A DNA stretch of 64,000 nucleotides from Lama guanicoe (GCA_013239625.1 MU053561.1:3364283-3428282), one strand, 5' to 3'. Positions 36,174-50,796 are shown, counted from the first letter of the stretch. Notes: generated from the letters alone by a model not told the origin. Made by a program: numbers and translations.

Positions 36174-37354
36174 CCAAGAAATTATTCTTTAAAGTTGATT
36201 TAACAAGGTATTCAAAACCTTAAACCATCAGTATGAGAAGTCCTGGGGAGATAATGTCACCGTAGTTCACCAGCAGAGATATTTGTTACTGATTTACCTA
36301 TTGGCCAAGATTTTCATCCCAAGAAGGGGAAGAGTTGGCTTGATCCAAATCAATCTTAAAAATACAAATCTGTTAAAGTTCACCAAGGTAATAAACTCTG
36401 ACGTATTCTTTCAAAGACTTCTTTTAATCCTGGGGTGACTCAAATCTGACAGCTTAGAGGACCAGACATAGATAATTGTCTGAGCTGTGAGGAAGTCCAC
36501 AACCATGAACAGCAAGACAGGGACCCTGTCTGTTCTGTATCACCCATGGAGCCCTGTACCTAACACATAACTGACGCTTAATAAATAGTGGTGAGTATTT
36601 GGTTGCATTAAACGTTAAAGTGACCGCTCTAAAAAATAAAGTACTTTGTGATGCATGAAACAGTAAAGATGACCTTTTCCAAAACAGTTTATATCCAGTG
36701 ATCCCTGACAGGGCTAGAGGAAAGTGAAGGAGACTGTCTAGATTTGTTTCCATCTGTCTGTGTGTCTATCCATCTCTATCTCCATGCATTGGAATGTCAT
36801 ATTAGATTTTCCTCAAATGGCTCAATGCTCAAAGGCACCCCAGAAACTTATTTTTAACAGAGATCAGTTGTTGATGTACTAAAACTCGCACTATGGCTTG
36901 GATGACACTTTATTTTCAAATTAAATAGTAAGGTATTTTCCATTTTCATATCTCTCTACCTGGTAAACAGAGTTATATTTTCATCTGAAACTTTCCTTTA
37001 AGTCAGGGTGCAGCTCCCTTGCCTCTGCTCACAGTCATGTGAGGCTGGCATATTTTTCAGTTGACATCACCAGGATAACATCGGGAATGAGGGAAGACTT
37101 TAAGGAAGAAGACTTTCGGTTTTATTACTTTATTATACCGTGAAGCTAACTGCTAACTGTATTGAGCTGTTCACCTCAGCTTCTGTGATACCTGAGTTAG
37201 GACATGGCAAGAAATAGGTGATGGGAGGAATTAATTATTGCTTGTTCTTGGGCACAGAGAGGACTCTTTTCCTTCTAGCCTCTAGTGCTCAGGACACATG
37301 ACAAATTTGTCTGTTTTTGTTGTTGTTGTTGTTTTTTTCCTAGTTAAAAGAGAC

Positions 37355-38320
37355 TCAGCGAGAAGATAAAGGCATCAAGACCGATGGAACAAAATAGAAA
37401 GTCCAGAAATAGACTCACACAAACATAGCCATTTGATCTTTGATAAAGTGTAAACACAAGTCAGCAAAGGGAAGACATGTTTTTTCCACAAATGTGTATT
37501 GGAACAATTGGTCATTACAGGAAAAGAAATAAACCTGGATACAAAGTTTATACCTTACATAAAGATGGACTCAAAATGGATCATAGGTCTAAATGACAAA
37601 CATGAACTAAATCCTTGTGACCTGAGGTTAGGTCAACGGTTCTTAGAAATGACAGCAAATGGATTATCTGTTTTAAAAAATTGATAAATTAGAATTCATC
37701 AAGTTTTAAAATTTGTTCTTCCAAAGATACTGTCATGAGAATGAAGAGATCAGATATGGACTAAGAGAATATATTTGAAAAAAACTGCATACCCAACAAA
37801 GGACTTGTATCCAGAATATATAAAGAACTCTCCAAGTCAGCTATAAGAAAACAACTCGATCAAAAAATGGGCAAAAGACCTGAATAGATATTTCACCAAA
37901 GAGGATACAAGGATTGTACATTAGCACATAAAGATAGTCAATACCATTACCCACTAGGGAAATGCAAATTAAAACACAATAAGATACGATTACTTACATT
38001 CTTATTTGAATGGCGAAAATGAAAAAAAATACTGACAATATCAAGCACCGACAAGAATACAGAGCAACTAAAACTCTCATACATTTCTGAGGGGAATGGA
38101 AAATGGTTTGGAAATTTCTTTAACAAGCAAACAGATAAACACAAACTGTGGTACATTTATACTAGAGAATAACACACAACAATAAAAAGAAGCAAACTAT
38201 TGATACATACAACTTGGATGTAAGAATTTAAAACTTTGAATTTAAGCATAATTTAAGAATTATGCTGAGTGAGAGAACCTAGTTTCAAAAGGTTACATAT
38301 TGAATGATTCCATTAATTTG
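37355..38320 (+). mobile_element. L1 ORF2 C-terminal / 3' fragment (appears to continue at about 43620-44050)
   Basis: AATAGAAAGTCCAGAAATAGAC, AAAATGGGCAAAAGACCTGAATAGATATTTCACC, GGAAATGCAAATTAAAAC. Confidence 0.85.
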
Positions 38321-38324
38321 GCAT

Positions 38325-41300
38325 TATTGCAGTTGATAAACCTACATTGTCACCTCATTATCACCCAAAGTTTTAGTTTACATTATGGTTCACTCTTGGT
38401 ATTGCACATTCATGGGTTTGAACAAATGTATTCATCATTACATCGTACAAAGTATTTCCACTGCCCTAAAAATACTCTGTGTTTTGCCTGTTTATCCCTT
38501 TTCCATCCCCAACCACTCTGAACTACTGGCAACCACTGATCTTTTTTTACTGTCTCCATAGTTTCACCCTTTCCAGAATGTCATACAGTATTTAGCCTTT
38601 ACAGATTGGCTTCTTTCACTTAGTAATATGCCTTAAGGCTCCTCCATGTCTTTTCATGACCTGATAGCTCATTTCTTTTTAGCACTGAATAATATTCCAT
38701 TGTCTAGATGTTCCAAAGTTTATTTATCCATCACCTACTGAAGGACTTCGTGGTTGCTTCCAAGTTTTGGAAATTATGAATAAAGCTGCTACAAACATCC
38801 AGTTACAGGTTTTTATGTGAATATAAGTATCCAGCTCCTTTGAGAAAATACCAAGGGCAATTGCTGGATCATGTGGTAAGGATATATTTAGTTTCATAAG
38901 AACTCATCAAACTGTCTTTCAAAGTGGCTGTACCATTTTGTATTTCCACCAGCAATGACTGAGAGTTTCTGCTGCTTCACATCGTCCCCAGCATTTAGTG
39001 GTGTCAGTGAGTGTTTCAGATTTTGGCCATTCCCATAGGTGTACAGTGGCATCTCATTGTTATAATTTGCATTTCCCTGATGACATATAAGGTAGAGCAT
39101 CTTCTCACATGTTTGTTTGCCACCTGTTTGGCAGCGGTGAGGTGTCTTGTTAAGGACTTTGGCCCTTTTTTTAATTGGGATTTTTGTTTTCTCATTGTTA
39201 AGTTTTGAGTTCTTTGTATATTTTGGATAATAGTCCTTTATCAGATGTGTCTTTGACAAATATTTTCTCCCAGTCTGTGGCTTGTCTTCTCATTCACTTG
39301 ACATTGTCTTTTGCAGAACAGAAGCTTTTACTTTAATGAAGTCCAGCTTATCTATTAGTTCTTTCATGGATGTTGCCTTTGGTATTGTATGTAAAAAGTC
39401 ATCACCATACCCAGAGTCATTCAGGTTTTGTCTTATGTTGTATTCAAGGGGTTTCATAGTTTTGTGTTTTATATTTAGATCTGTGGTCCACCTTGAGTTA
39501 GTTTTTGTGAAGAGTGTAGGGTACACGTCTAGATTTTGTGTGTGTGTGTGCACGTGGACGTCCCGTTGTCCCAGCACTATTTGTTGAAGAGACTAGATTC
39601 CATTGTATTGTCTTTGCTCTTTTGTTAAAGATCAATTGATTATATTTTTAGGAGCCTGTATCTGGGTTCTCCATTGTGTTCCATCAATCTATTTGTCAAT
39701 TCTTTTGCCAATACTACACTGTCTTGATTAATGTAGCTCTACAGTAAGTCTTGAAGTCAGATACTGTCTGTCCTTCAACTTTGTTCTTCTTCAACATTGT
39801 GGTAGCTATTCTAGGTCTTTTGCCTTTCCATATAAACCTCAGAATCAGTTTCTCAATATCCACAAAATGACTTGCTGGGATTTGGATTGGGATTGCATTT
39901 AATCAAGTTGGGAAAAACTGAGATTGGGACAATATTGAGTCTCCTATCCCTGAACACAGAATAACTCTATTTGTTTAGTTCTTTGGTTTTGTTCATCATA
40001 GTTTTATAGTTTTCCTCATATAGATCTTGTACCTAAGTATTCTGTTTTGGGGGGGTGCTAATGTAAATGGCATTGTATTTTTAATTTCAAATTCCATTTG
40101 CTCATTGCTGATATATAGGAAAGCCATTGACTCTTGAGTATTGAGATATTGGTTTGTAGTTTCCTTTCCTTGTAATGTGTTTGTCTAATTTGAGTATTAG
40201 GGTAATGCTGGCCTCATAGAATGAGTTAGGAAGTATTCCTTCTGCTTCTGTCTTCTGAAAGAGATTGTGGAGAGCTGGTAAAATTTTTTCGTTAAATGTT
40301 CAGTAGAATTTTCCAGTGCATCCATCTGGGCCTGGGGACAGTCACCCAGATAGACTACATGTATTATTTAGAGGTGTGTTGTTTAATCTCCATTCATCAG
40401 GGGATTTTCCAGTTATCTTTCCGTTATTCATTTCAAGTGTAATTTCATTATCATTTGACAGCAGACATTATATGATTCCTGACCTTCTAAATTTGTCAAC
40501 TTGTGTTTTATGGTCCAGAATGTGGTCTATCTTGGTGACTGCTCCATGTGAGTTTAAGAAGAATGTGTATTCGGCTATTGTTGGATAAAATAGCCTATAG
40601 ATATCAATTATATTCAGTATTTTTGTTAGATAAGTGTTTAGGTTGTTTCATTTTTATTGAAATATAGGTGATGTACAGTATTATGTTAATTTCAGATTCA
40701 CTACATAACAATTGAACATTTGCACACATTATGAAATGACCACCATGATGAGTCTGGTAACCATCTGCCCTGTAGAAAGTTATTATAATATTATTGACCA
40801 TATTCCTGATGCTGTGACATTTACGATATAACTGGAGGTTTGTACCTCTTAATCTCCTTCACTTATTTCACTCCCTCCACCCCCCTCCCCTTTCTGGAAA
40901 TTGTATCCAGTATTGATGGTGACGTTAAGTTCAACTCTGTCCTTGCTGACTTTCTGCTTGCTGGGTCTGTCCCTTTCTGATAGAGGGGTATTGATGTCTC
41001 CAACTACGATGATGGGTTCATCTATTTCTCCTTGCAGTCCTGTTGGGTTTTGTCTCACATAGTTTGACACTCTGTTGTTAGGGGCATACATGTTAAGGAT
41101 TACTATGTCTTCTTGGAGAATTAACTCCTTTATCATTAGGTAATGTCCTTCTTTATCCCTGATAACGTTCCTTGCTTTGAAGTTTGCTCTGTCTGAAATT
41201 AATATAATTACTTCTGCTTTCTTTTGATTAATGTAGGCATGGAGTATTTTTCCTTATATATTTATCTTTTATCTTTATACTTAAAGTGGACTTCTCGTAG

Positions 41301-43620
41301 ACAACGTATTTTTAGGCCTTAGGTCTTAATTTTTGATCCACTCTGAGATTCTTTTAATTGGTGAATTTAGACCATTTACATTTGAAGTGATTATTGATAT
41401 AGTTGGATTCATATCTATCATATTTGTTACTGTTTTCTATTTATTGCCCTTATTCTTTATGCCTGTTTTTGTCTTCCACTCTTTTCTCTGCCTTTTGGGG
41501 TTGTAATTGAGCATTTTATGTGATTTCATTTTCTCTCCTTTTTTAGCTTATCAGTTAATTAATAAGTTAACTTATTTTACAATTTTTTTAGTAGCTTGTA
41601 ATATACTTTTATAACTAACCCAAGTCTACTTTCAAATAACACTATATTACTTCACAGGTGGTGTGAGTACCTTATAATAACAAAATGATCCTAATTATTT
41701 ATCTCATTACTTCCATCTCTTATATCATTGCTATCATTCTTTCACTTATATATAAGTATACGTAAGTGTGTGTATATATAAATTTATTATATATATATAT
41801 ACACTTTTATATATATATATACTATATAGAAACAAATACATTGTTGATATTATTATTTTGTTTTATGTTAGATCAATTAAGAATAAGAAAAGTAAGTTTT
41901 AATTTTACCTTCACTTATTCCTTCTTCAGTGCTCTTTTCTTTATGTAGATCCAAATTTCTGAACTATTTTATTTTCCCTCTTAAAGAAGTTCTTATAACA
42001 TTTTTTGCAAGACAAGTCTAATGGCATCATAGTCTCTCATTTTTTGTCTGAGAAAGTCTTTCTCCTTCACTTTTGAAGAATAATTTTATAGGGTACAGAA
42101 CACGATTCCCTCAGTACTTTAAATATTTCACTCCACCCTTTTCTTGCTTGTATCACTTCTGAGAAGTCAGATGTAATTCCTACCTTTGTTCCTTTACAGG
42201 TAGGTGTTCTTTTTCCTTCTTTTAACATTTTCCCCTTATGTTTGATTTTCTGTAATTCATATGTAGTATGTGTGGGTGTAGTTTTCATGGCATTTATTCT
42301 GCTTAGCATTCTCTGTGCTTCCTGGATCTGTGGTATGGTGGAGGAAATTCCAGTCGTTATTGTTTCAAATATTTATTCTGTTTCTTTCTTTGTTTCTTCT
42401 CCTTTGGGTGTTCTCCTTCTGTGTATTTTATACCTTTTGTAGTTGTCCCACAGTCCTTAGATTTTTTTTTTATTATTTACAATCTTTGTTCTCTTTATTT
42501 TTCAGTTTTGCAGGTTTCTATTGAGATAGTTGAAGAAAAAAAAATCTCTGAGTTAGAGACTGTCCAGTCTACTAATAAGCCTGTCAAAGGTATAATTCAT
42601 TTCTCTTTCAGAGGCTCTTTTCATCTCTGCATTTCTTTTTGGTTATTTTTTAGGATTTCCATCTCTGTGCTTACATTGCCCATCTGTTACTGTATCTTGT
42701 CTACTTTATTCACGAGAACCCTTGGTATATTAATCATAGTTGTTTTAAACTCCCCATCGGATATTTCCAACATCTCTGCCATGTCTGATTAAAACTGTGT
42801 TTTCTGCATTCTCATCTGCCTTGTAATTTTTTCTTGACAATCAGACATAATGCGCTGCTTAAAAGGAACTGATGTAAATAGGCTTTAGCAATGTGGCGGT
42901 GGGGAAACGTTCTCTAGTCCTGTAATCAGGTTTCAGCCTTTTAGGGAGCCTGTGCTTCTGGACTGTGAACCTCACTACTCAGGTTTGTTTCTCCATCCAG
43001 AAGTGGGACAGGATGGCTAGTGGGCTGGAGGTGGCTGTTCTCCTTCCCTCCTGCGGAAGGCTAGCGCTCACTACAGTTGAGTATCTCCCTTCTTCCAGGG
43101 CTGATAACATCCAAGCAGGTTAGGCTTTGGTTGACCAGTTTCTGCTGAGGACAGGCCTCGTTAACAATTGATTTCTCTGGTGTATTTAAGAATGCTTCCT
43201 TTCCCCTCCGCTGCAGGAAGCATGAGGGCAGTTTGCTTTCCTGGCATTTACTGTGAGGATCTGGTAGAGAACCCAGAGGTAAATCTCACAAAATTGTGGA
43301 GGCCCCCCCCCCACCACCCATGACTGGGTCCCTGGCGTTTCCTCACTGTGTCCCCAGCAATTCGTCAGTTACAGTTCAGGTTTCCCTACCCTGGTGCTGG
43401 TTCTGGCGGTTTCTACCTCCATGCCTCTGCTTGGTAACTCCCTGTGTTAGCTTCCTTGTCTCTTTAATTTGGGGGAGAGTGGTCTGCCTTGTGTTATCTC
43501 TTCTCTTACAAATCCAAGAAGAGTTGTTGATTTTTCAGTCTGTTCAGCCTTTTTTGTCATTGTTGTGAGGATGGAGTGGCAACTTCCAAGCTCCTTATAT
43601 GTGGAATCAGAGACCAGAAA
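38325..43620 (-). mobile_element. Large internally deleted L1 (L1MC-like) with 5' UTR, ORF1, ORF2 and 3' remnants
   Basis: ORF 40849..41136 gives ORF2 endonuclease residues (QEDIVILNMYAPN...IIVVGDINTPLS); ORF 39290..39577 gives C-terminal ORF2 (KTNSRWTTDLNIK); ORF 42067..42309 is ORF1-like (ITSDFSEVIQARKGWSEIFKVL). Confidence 0.9.
40622..40898 (-). mobile_element. Younger L1 3' end nested in the older L1
   Basis: TSD AATTATATTCAGTATT (40606-40621) / AATTGTATCCAGTATT (40899-40914). Confidence 0.75.
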
Positions 43621-46600
43621 TCCAATACTGAATGTTTTTAACTCTCATTATTAGATTTCAAATATTGCTAATTATTAAAATGCTAATGGTAACTTTACAT
43701 TTTAAAATGATACAGGTAACATATCAGATTTAAATAAGTCTAATATTATGAGTGAAAGATCAGGTGGCCATTCTGGATATGTAAATGTTCTATTACTGTC
43801 AGACAGTGGCCTTTCTGAATGATACATTTTAATAAACAGATATTTTGGGAATCCTTGAGAGTATGTAGGAAAAAAAAGGGGGGACAGAAAAACACAAAAT
43901 GAAATTGACAGCTGTTATTTTTGGATGGTGGAAAAATTATGAGCTTATGTCTTTTTGCAAATTTGTTTTTATACATTTTTCACAATGAGCATATACTATT
44001 TATGATCAGAAAAAGGTGTAAATACTTTAAGTGCTATTTAAAATAAAACAAAAAGAATTCATTTCTTGATACTTCTTTTGTCTTTGCTTTCCAGTTTGGC
44101 CAATATTATTCTGCATAATTAGAAAATAGACTCAATCTTATAAGTGTTCTGAAAATAGGAAAATACTATTAGCTCAACTGTAACATATATATTTCTGTGT
44201 TGGTTTTATTAAGATGTATCATGCTAGGGCAGGAAAGATACAATCAGAAAAAGAAACAAAAATCTATGTGGGTCAGAGGCAGTAAGAGAACATTTCATAA
44301 ATCATTTTGCAGTACATGTCTATCTTCAAGGTAGCTACACAATTTCAAGGGCAAGCATTTAATATTTGGAAGTATACTGGGAAATTTTAAAAGAATCTTC
44401 AGACTATACTACTACCAAACTCATCAGCCTCCTGCTTTGTACAAGTCCTGTGCTTGGGTGCACGAAATGCAAAGGTCCTACTGATTCCAAATGTTCCTCC
44501 CTTGGGTAAAGTTGGAGAGTCAAGGCCATAGTATAAAGAGTGGTCATCATCAGCCCTGTACTGAAGGGTCAAGGCCCGAGGGACGAAGACAGGAATTGCT
44601 ATAGTGAGGCCTGGGAAGCATGTACACCGAGGAGATGAATACTCTGAGAGGTAGGTGGGAGGGGCGTCCTAAGCCAGGGTAACAGGTATAGAGACAAAGG
44701 CAGGGGCTACAATCAGAGCAATACACCTGAAAGATGCCAGATTAGTTTGAAGAGATTACACAATGTGCTGAATTCAAGGCTAAGATATTTTGATTTTTCC
44801 TTGTAGGCAATGGAGAGCCTTTGAAAGATACTGTACAACACACTGATGTGATAGAAATTGTTCTTTAAAGTGATTCACTCTGCAGCCGGTTGTCTATGGG
44901 ATTGCCCGTAGCCTGGCAGACACTGTGTCTGGTTCACGGTTGTCACGGGACTCAAGGCTGATACTAGCTGCTTCAGTGCCATTGTGCAAGCCACAAAGGC
45001 TGGCCTCTCTGGATAGACTCAGTTCTACACGGCCAGTGCTTGGTGAGCTGACCATACCTGTGTGAAAAAGATCTTCCAGGAAGAAGCAACCTTCACAGAG
45101 GTTCATGGCTTAGTGAGCAGAGCATGCTAGATTCCAGCCCCACGTGCCCCTCACTCAGGCATCCTGGTGCAGTACACAACCTGCATTACATGAGGTGGAG
45201 ACCCTGAGCAACCACAGATAGAGGACCAGATGAGGCACAGAACTAGGATGAGGAAGTGGGGCTGGAAAGAAGAGGGAAGGTCCAAGGGACATACTCTCTT
45301 GCACTTTAACTAGAATGGCTTCACTGAGGGATTCCAGGTATTGTCCATCACAAACACAGGCCTTTCTAACAAATTTTCTCCATTCATATCCTCAGTGATG
45401 CCTCTGCTAGAAAGTTCTGCTTCCAAAGGCATTGGCTGTGGAGACATAGATTGGTGTCAGTTTCTTCCATTCACATGTAACAGTGTGAGCTTAACCAAGA
45501 AAGATTCATGTTTTTCTGAGTTAATGGTACCTCATACCTGTCCTCATGCTGTATTCGAAAGAAGCTGGGATGGATGTTGAACTATTTGTTGGCAATAATG
45601 TTCTTGAGGGGAAAGGAAATAAGGAGGAGGAGGGAGAGGCTTTCCCTTATGGGTTTCTGAGATTCCACAAAGAACACTTCTATCAAAGTGAGGTTCATAT
45701 TAACCTCATACCACTCAATGTCTGCTATCCCAGAAATACTTGCTTCCTTTGTGGCATTTCAGGTCGCCCCATCTTTGTCTCTTTCATTGGTGCTTCCTCT
45801 CTCACTGAACATCTCTTTGCTGGAGTTTTTTCTGGCTTGGTCTTGGATTTTATCTTTCACTCCCTTTGCACACCCCATTGAGCCATCCTATCCACTTCCA
45901 CTACTTCAAATGCCACTGTTGCCATGACGCTCACTGACGACCTCCAGTCCACATCTCTCTTTCAAACATCAGACTTTACAGCATCTTGACCACTTGGCAT
46001 CTCCTTTTAGATATCTTGGAGATTTCTCAAAATCAACATATCTAAAGCTTACTGGATTCATTTTGATTTTTTTAATCATAAAAGTAATGTATTCTCCTAG
46101 TAACAAGTGAAACCATTTGAAATATGAAAAGTAAAAGCTTCTACATCGTCACTGCATTTGCACACACAGACATTTCAGCTTCTGTTTTACTTCTTTTTAC
46201 AAAAATAGGATAATGTTATTTACACTTCCTCTGTATCTCGCTCCCTAACAATATAGTGTGGAAATTCCCACCCCCTTACCTGCCATGTTTACTGCTATAG
46301 ACAGAATTCACTCTTCAAATAGTTATATAATAGCCCACAGGACAAGTATATCACAATTTACTCCACTTCTGATGGGGTTTCCTTTGTTTCAAGGTTTCTG
46401 CCTGGAAACAAACCATGCCGCAATTCACCTATATTTTTCAATAGTTTAGAATGGCTTAAATAATGTAAGAAATATCTTTTCTTCAAAGCTTAGATACAAC
46501 TCAGCTGCCAAAGCATTTTGGCCTGGTTTTTTTTAGAAGTGAAAGAATCTTTTTTTGAACATCTAAGGCTACTGCCATGTTTAACTTTTCTACCTCTTTT

Positions 46601-47753
46601 AGGGTCAACACTGGCAGTTTATGTTTGACTCAAAGATCATCCATTTCCTCTAACTTTTCAAGCTTATTGCCACAGACTTTCACATAATTATATTCCTTTA
46701 TGATTACTGTCATCTCTTCATACTAAACTCCTGAAATATCTCCCAGATCTGCTGTTTGTCCAGTTTTATGGCGATCAGAAAAAGGAACCATCGTCATCTC
46801 AAATTTAAAGTCATTTCTGACTCTTTGCTGCACTTCACCTCCCGCATTCAATCTTCCGTTCAATCTTGTCGGCCTCTAAATTAGCTCTTGGGTCCATCCA
46901 CCCATTCCTCCTGACTGCCATCCCCACTGCTTCTCTGCCTCAGTGTCACATCTCCCCTGGACTATTACAATGCCTTTCAGTTGTTCCTCCAGTTCCTCCC
47001 CTGCACCTCTCTGCACCATTCCCACACTAGGGAGAGCGAGCAATTTTTTGTTTTTTTTTAAACTAGAGAGAAAAAAAAATATTTATTATGTACATATGTA
47101 TGGGAGCCCCACAAAGATATGAGACTCTTGGGTGGGGGCTAACCTTAAAATTTTGATTGGATCATGTCACTCCTGCTCAAAACTCTTTAACTTGCATTGT
47201 TAGAATAAGTTCCAAAGCCCTTTTTTATGCCTATGACCCCATGTAACTTGATTCCTGCCTACTTTTCAACTCTCATCCCTCACTGCTCTTTTCCCACATT
47301 CTTTTGAAGATTTAGCCCCAACGACCTTTTTTAATTTCTCTAAAAGCACTAAGCTAGAAAAATGGCTTATTTAATAAGTGGTGCTGTAAAAACTAGACCT
47401 TTATCCTGGGGAAAATTAAGTTTTCTTCACCATGCCTCACCATATTTTTAATGTAAAATAAATTCAATTTTTAATCTTGAAATAAGTTTTAAGAGAATTT
47501 ATGTATAATCTAGAAATTGGGTTTCAATCAAGAAACCAAGAAGCTACATAAGAAAAGAGAGATATATTTGATAATTCAAACATTAAAACTGATTATGTGA
47601 ACAAAAGATACTGAAAAAAACATAAAAAGGTAAATAATAGTTTGGGATAAAATATTTACAAGGGAAATGAAGAGAAAAAAGAGTTGTGTCAACAAAGAGT
47701 TGTTACAAATGATGAGGAAAAGATAAATATCCCAACAGAAAATATAGGCAAAG

Positions 47754-47939
47754 TAAACAAGATTATACTGTATAGCACAGGGAAATATATACAAAATCTT
47801 GTGGTAGCTCACGGAGAAAAAAATGTGACAATGAATATATGTATGTTCATGTATAACCAAAAAATTGTGCTCTACACTGGAATTTGACACAACATTGTAA
47901 AATGACTATAACTCAATTTTAAAAATGTTAAATAAAAAC
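47754..47939 (+). mobile_element. Young 5'-truncated L1 3' end with perfect 16-bp TSD, nested in an older L1 remnant (about 47350-48600)
   Basis: GAAAATATAGGCAAAG at 47738-47753 and 47940-47955; CTGTATAGCACAGGGAAATATATACAA motif. Confidence 0.88.
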
Positions 47940-49279
47940 GAAAATATAGGCAAAGGATAATAAAAGAAGAATCTCTCTTTCTCTCTTACATACACACATC
48001 CACCACCACCACTACCCAAATCAAAATGACCAGTAGGAAAAGTGTTCAGCTCATCTTGCAGTGCAGGAAAAGAAGGAATATCACTTTTTATCCATCTGAC
48101 TGGCAAATGTTAAAAAGAGTAGAAAATCTTGTTGCTGGCAAAGATCTGGGGGAAATGGTACTTCTGAAACATTGTTAGTATAAGGGTAAAGCATTGTTAC
48201 CTTTTAGAAAAGTAATCTGGCAATATTTGTCATATTTAAAACATATAACTCAGAAGTCTCACCCTTGGAAACCTAATCCAAAGAAATAAATAATCATATA
48301 TAAGGATCATCACATACAAGTCATAATGATCATAACATCAGTAGTAACAGGTAACACATACTAAACACATTTTACCTGCCAGATACTGTTGAAAATATTT
48401 TATAAATATGAAGCCACTGTATCTACATGACAACCCAATGAGGTAAGTACTATTACTTCTCCCATTTTACAAATGGGCCAGGAAATATAAGTACAGCATT
48501 ATTTCTAATAAAGACAAAGGGACTGCCTATCGTTGGTGGAACAGTTGAATAAAATGTGATCACCTGTATCGTACAACAGGACGCAACTCTCTACAAGAAT
48601 GATTTGGATAAGTTCTCAATCCTGTTTACACACAGAATCACCTGGATAGCTTTGGAAAAACACAGATGCTTGGGACCCACCCCAAACGAATTAACTCAGT
48701 CCCCTGGGGTCAATTAGGGTGAGAGTCATTGAGTTAGGTACTTGGCAGTTAACTTGGGGGGAATGTCCGTAACAAATTGCTAACGGTGCCAAGGAGGATA
48801 CATACTATAATGCTATTTTTGAAACCAGAGACATACAAACAACCTAATATCTGTGTGTGTGTATCTATACCTTTATGCTATATTTATATTTAGTGTATAG
48901 CTCTATATACACACAATATAGAGATAGATATAATAATATACTAAGTACTGTATATAAAATACCATATATTATATACAGTATAACATATAATAACACATGG
49001 GAAAAGTATAATATATTTGTTAACACAAAAAAAGTATGGAAATATACGCACATTGTTGTTATTAATTACAAAATGAGGTACAGATGGCTCATGAGTGGGA
49101 GACAGAGGGAAGAGGCAGAGGGAAGATGGGAAGAAACTAGAAAGGAAAAAGAAGCTTAAAGTTGCTGTTCACCATATAAAACAGCATATATTCTCATAGC
49201 AGTTACCTCAAGGAAGTGAAGTTTCAGGTAATTTTTAAAATATTTTCCTGTGTGAAAAACATTTTTTATAAGACACAAA

Positions 49280-49580
49280 AGAACTTATTTACAAAACAGA
49301 AGCTGAATCATAGACAGAAAACAAACTTACGGTTATGGGAGTAGGGAGGGAGGGGAGGAATAAACTGGGAGTTCAGGATTTGCAGATCCAAATTACTATA
49401 TAAAATAGATAAACAACAGGGTCCTACTGTATAGCACAGGGAACTATACTCAATATCTTCTAATAATCTATAATGAAAAAGATGATGAAAAGCAATACAA
49501 TATATGTATAATTGAATCACCATGCTGTACACCAGAAACTAACACAACATTGCAAATTGACTATACTTCAATTAAAATTT
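49280..49580 (+). mobile_element. Cetartiodactyl-type L1 3' end
   Basis: ACAAACTTACGGTTA...CTGTATAGCACAGGGAACTATACTCAATATC...CTATACTTCAATTAAAA. Confidence 0.85.
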
Positions 49581-50409
49581 TTTGCCATAAGCATGCATCA
49601 TTTATATAATCAGAAAAAAACTTTCGCATTGCTATTTGTTTTTTCTTTTTAAGATGTGTATTGCTTATGGTTGTAACACACACAGTGCTCTCTGCTGCAA
49701 CAATGCCCCTCTAATGCTTTGCTTGGCTAACTCTTCCTTATCCTGAAAGCCTCAGCCTACAATGTGAGTTCCTGGGAACTCCTTTACAATGGGTCAAAAT
49801 TCGTTCTCTCCATCACACTCAATCCTGTCCCACGGTCCTCAGCTTTTAGAGCACTTATCACAGTTTGAGATTAAATGTGTGGCATTTAGAACAATATCTG
49901 TTCCCTGCTCTAGAGTGGAAGCCACAAGAGGTCAAGGACCAAGGGTCTGCTTGGCTCTCCAATGAATTCCCCAGTGCTGGACACACAGAGGCATCAAAAA
50001 ACCTTGGTAAATGCTTGGACCATTTCTCTGAATTTAATAACTTCCCACATGTTCCTACCTTGTACTTTAATGAGACTCTGCAGTCTCTGATGTTGGCGGC
50101 TGTCTTACATTCTTGAGTGCCCCACAGATCTCTGGCTGATTTGATATGTTGATAACCCTTGGTTTCCCCAAGAGTATTAGCATTTTTCCTATCATGCCCC
50201 TGCTGCTGTCACCTTCTCCTGCTGCTCTGGGTGAAAGATAAATTGGGATAAAATTCCAAAGTAACCCAGAGGTTTCAGTTCTTTCAACTACACTTCAGCT
50301 CTTTTGACTATACTTAGATGGTCATTGGTTGCCAAGTAAATTACAGGTCCTATTTTGTGGGCTTTCCTCTTCTCCACCTGCCAATGGTGGCGTTTACTGT
50401 CCCCTCTTA

Positions 50410-50796
50410 TGATAAACTGAATTATGTTCCCCTCAAATTCACATATTGAGTTTCTAACCTCTGCTATCTCAGAATGGACTGTACTTGGAATCAGGGTCTT
50501 TAAAAAGGTAATAAAGTTAAAATGAGGCCATTTGACTGGGGCCCTAACCCAATCTGACTGGTGTCCTTATAAAAAGAGGGAGAGACATCAGGGATGCATG
50601 TGCACAGGGGGAAAACCATGTGAGGACACAGTGAGAAGGTGGGCATCTGCAAGCCCAGGAGAGGCCTCAGGAGAAACTTACTACTGACACCTTGATCTTG
50701 GACTTCTAACCTCCAGAACCGTGAGAAAATAAATTTCATTGTTTAAGCCACCCAGTCTGTGGTATTTTGTTACGCAGCCACAGCACACTAGTACAC
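50410..50796 (+). mobile_element. MaLR solo LTR (MLT1B/C-type)
   Basis: CTGAATTATGTTCCCC...CCAATCTGACTGGTGTCCTTATAAAAAGA...AAATAAATTTCATTGTTTAAGCCACCCAGTCTGTGGTATTTTGTTA. Confidence 0.9.

Noticed and set aside
41561..41576. 16-bp palindrome AATAAGTTAACTTATT
   Set aside because: Short, AT-rich and inside an L1; compatible with chance in 64 kb.
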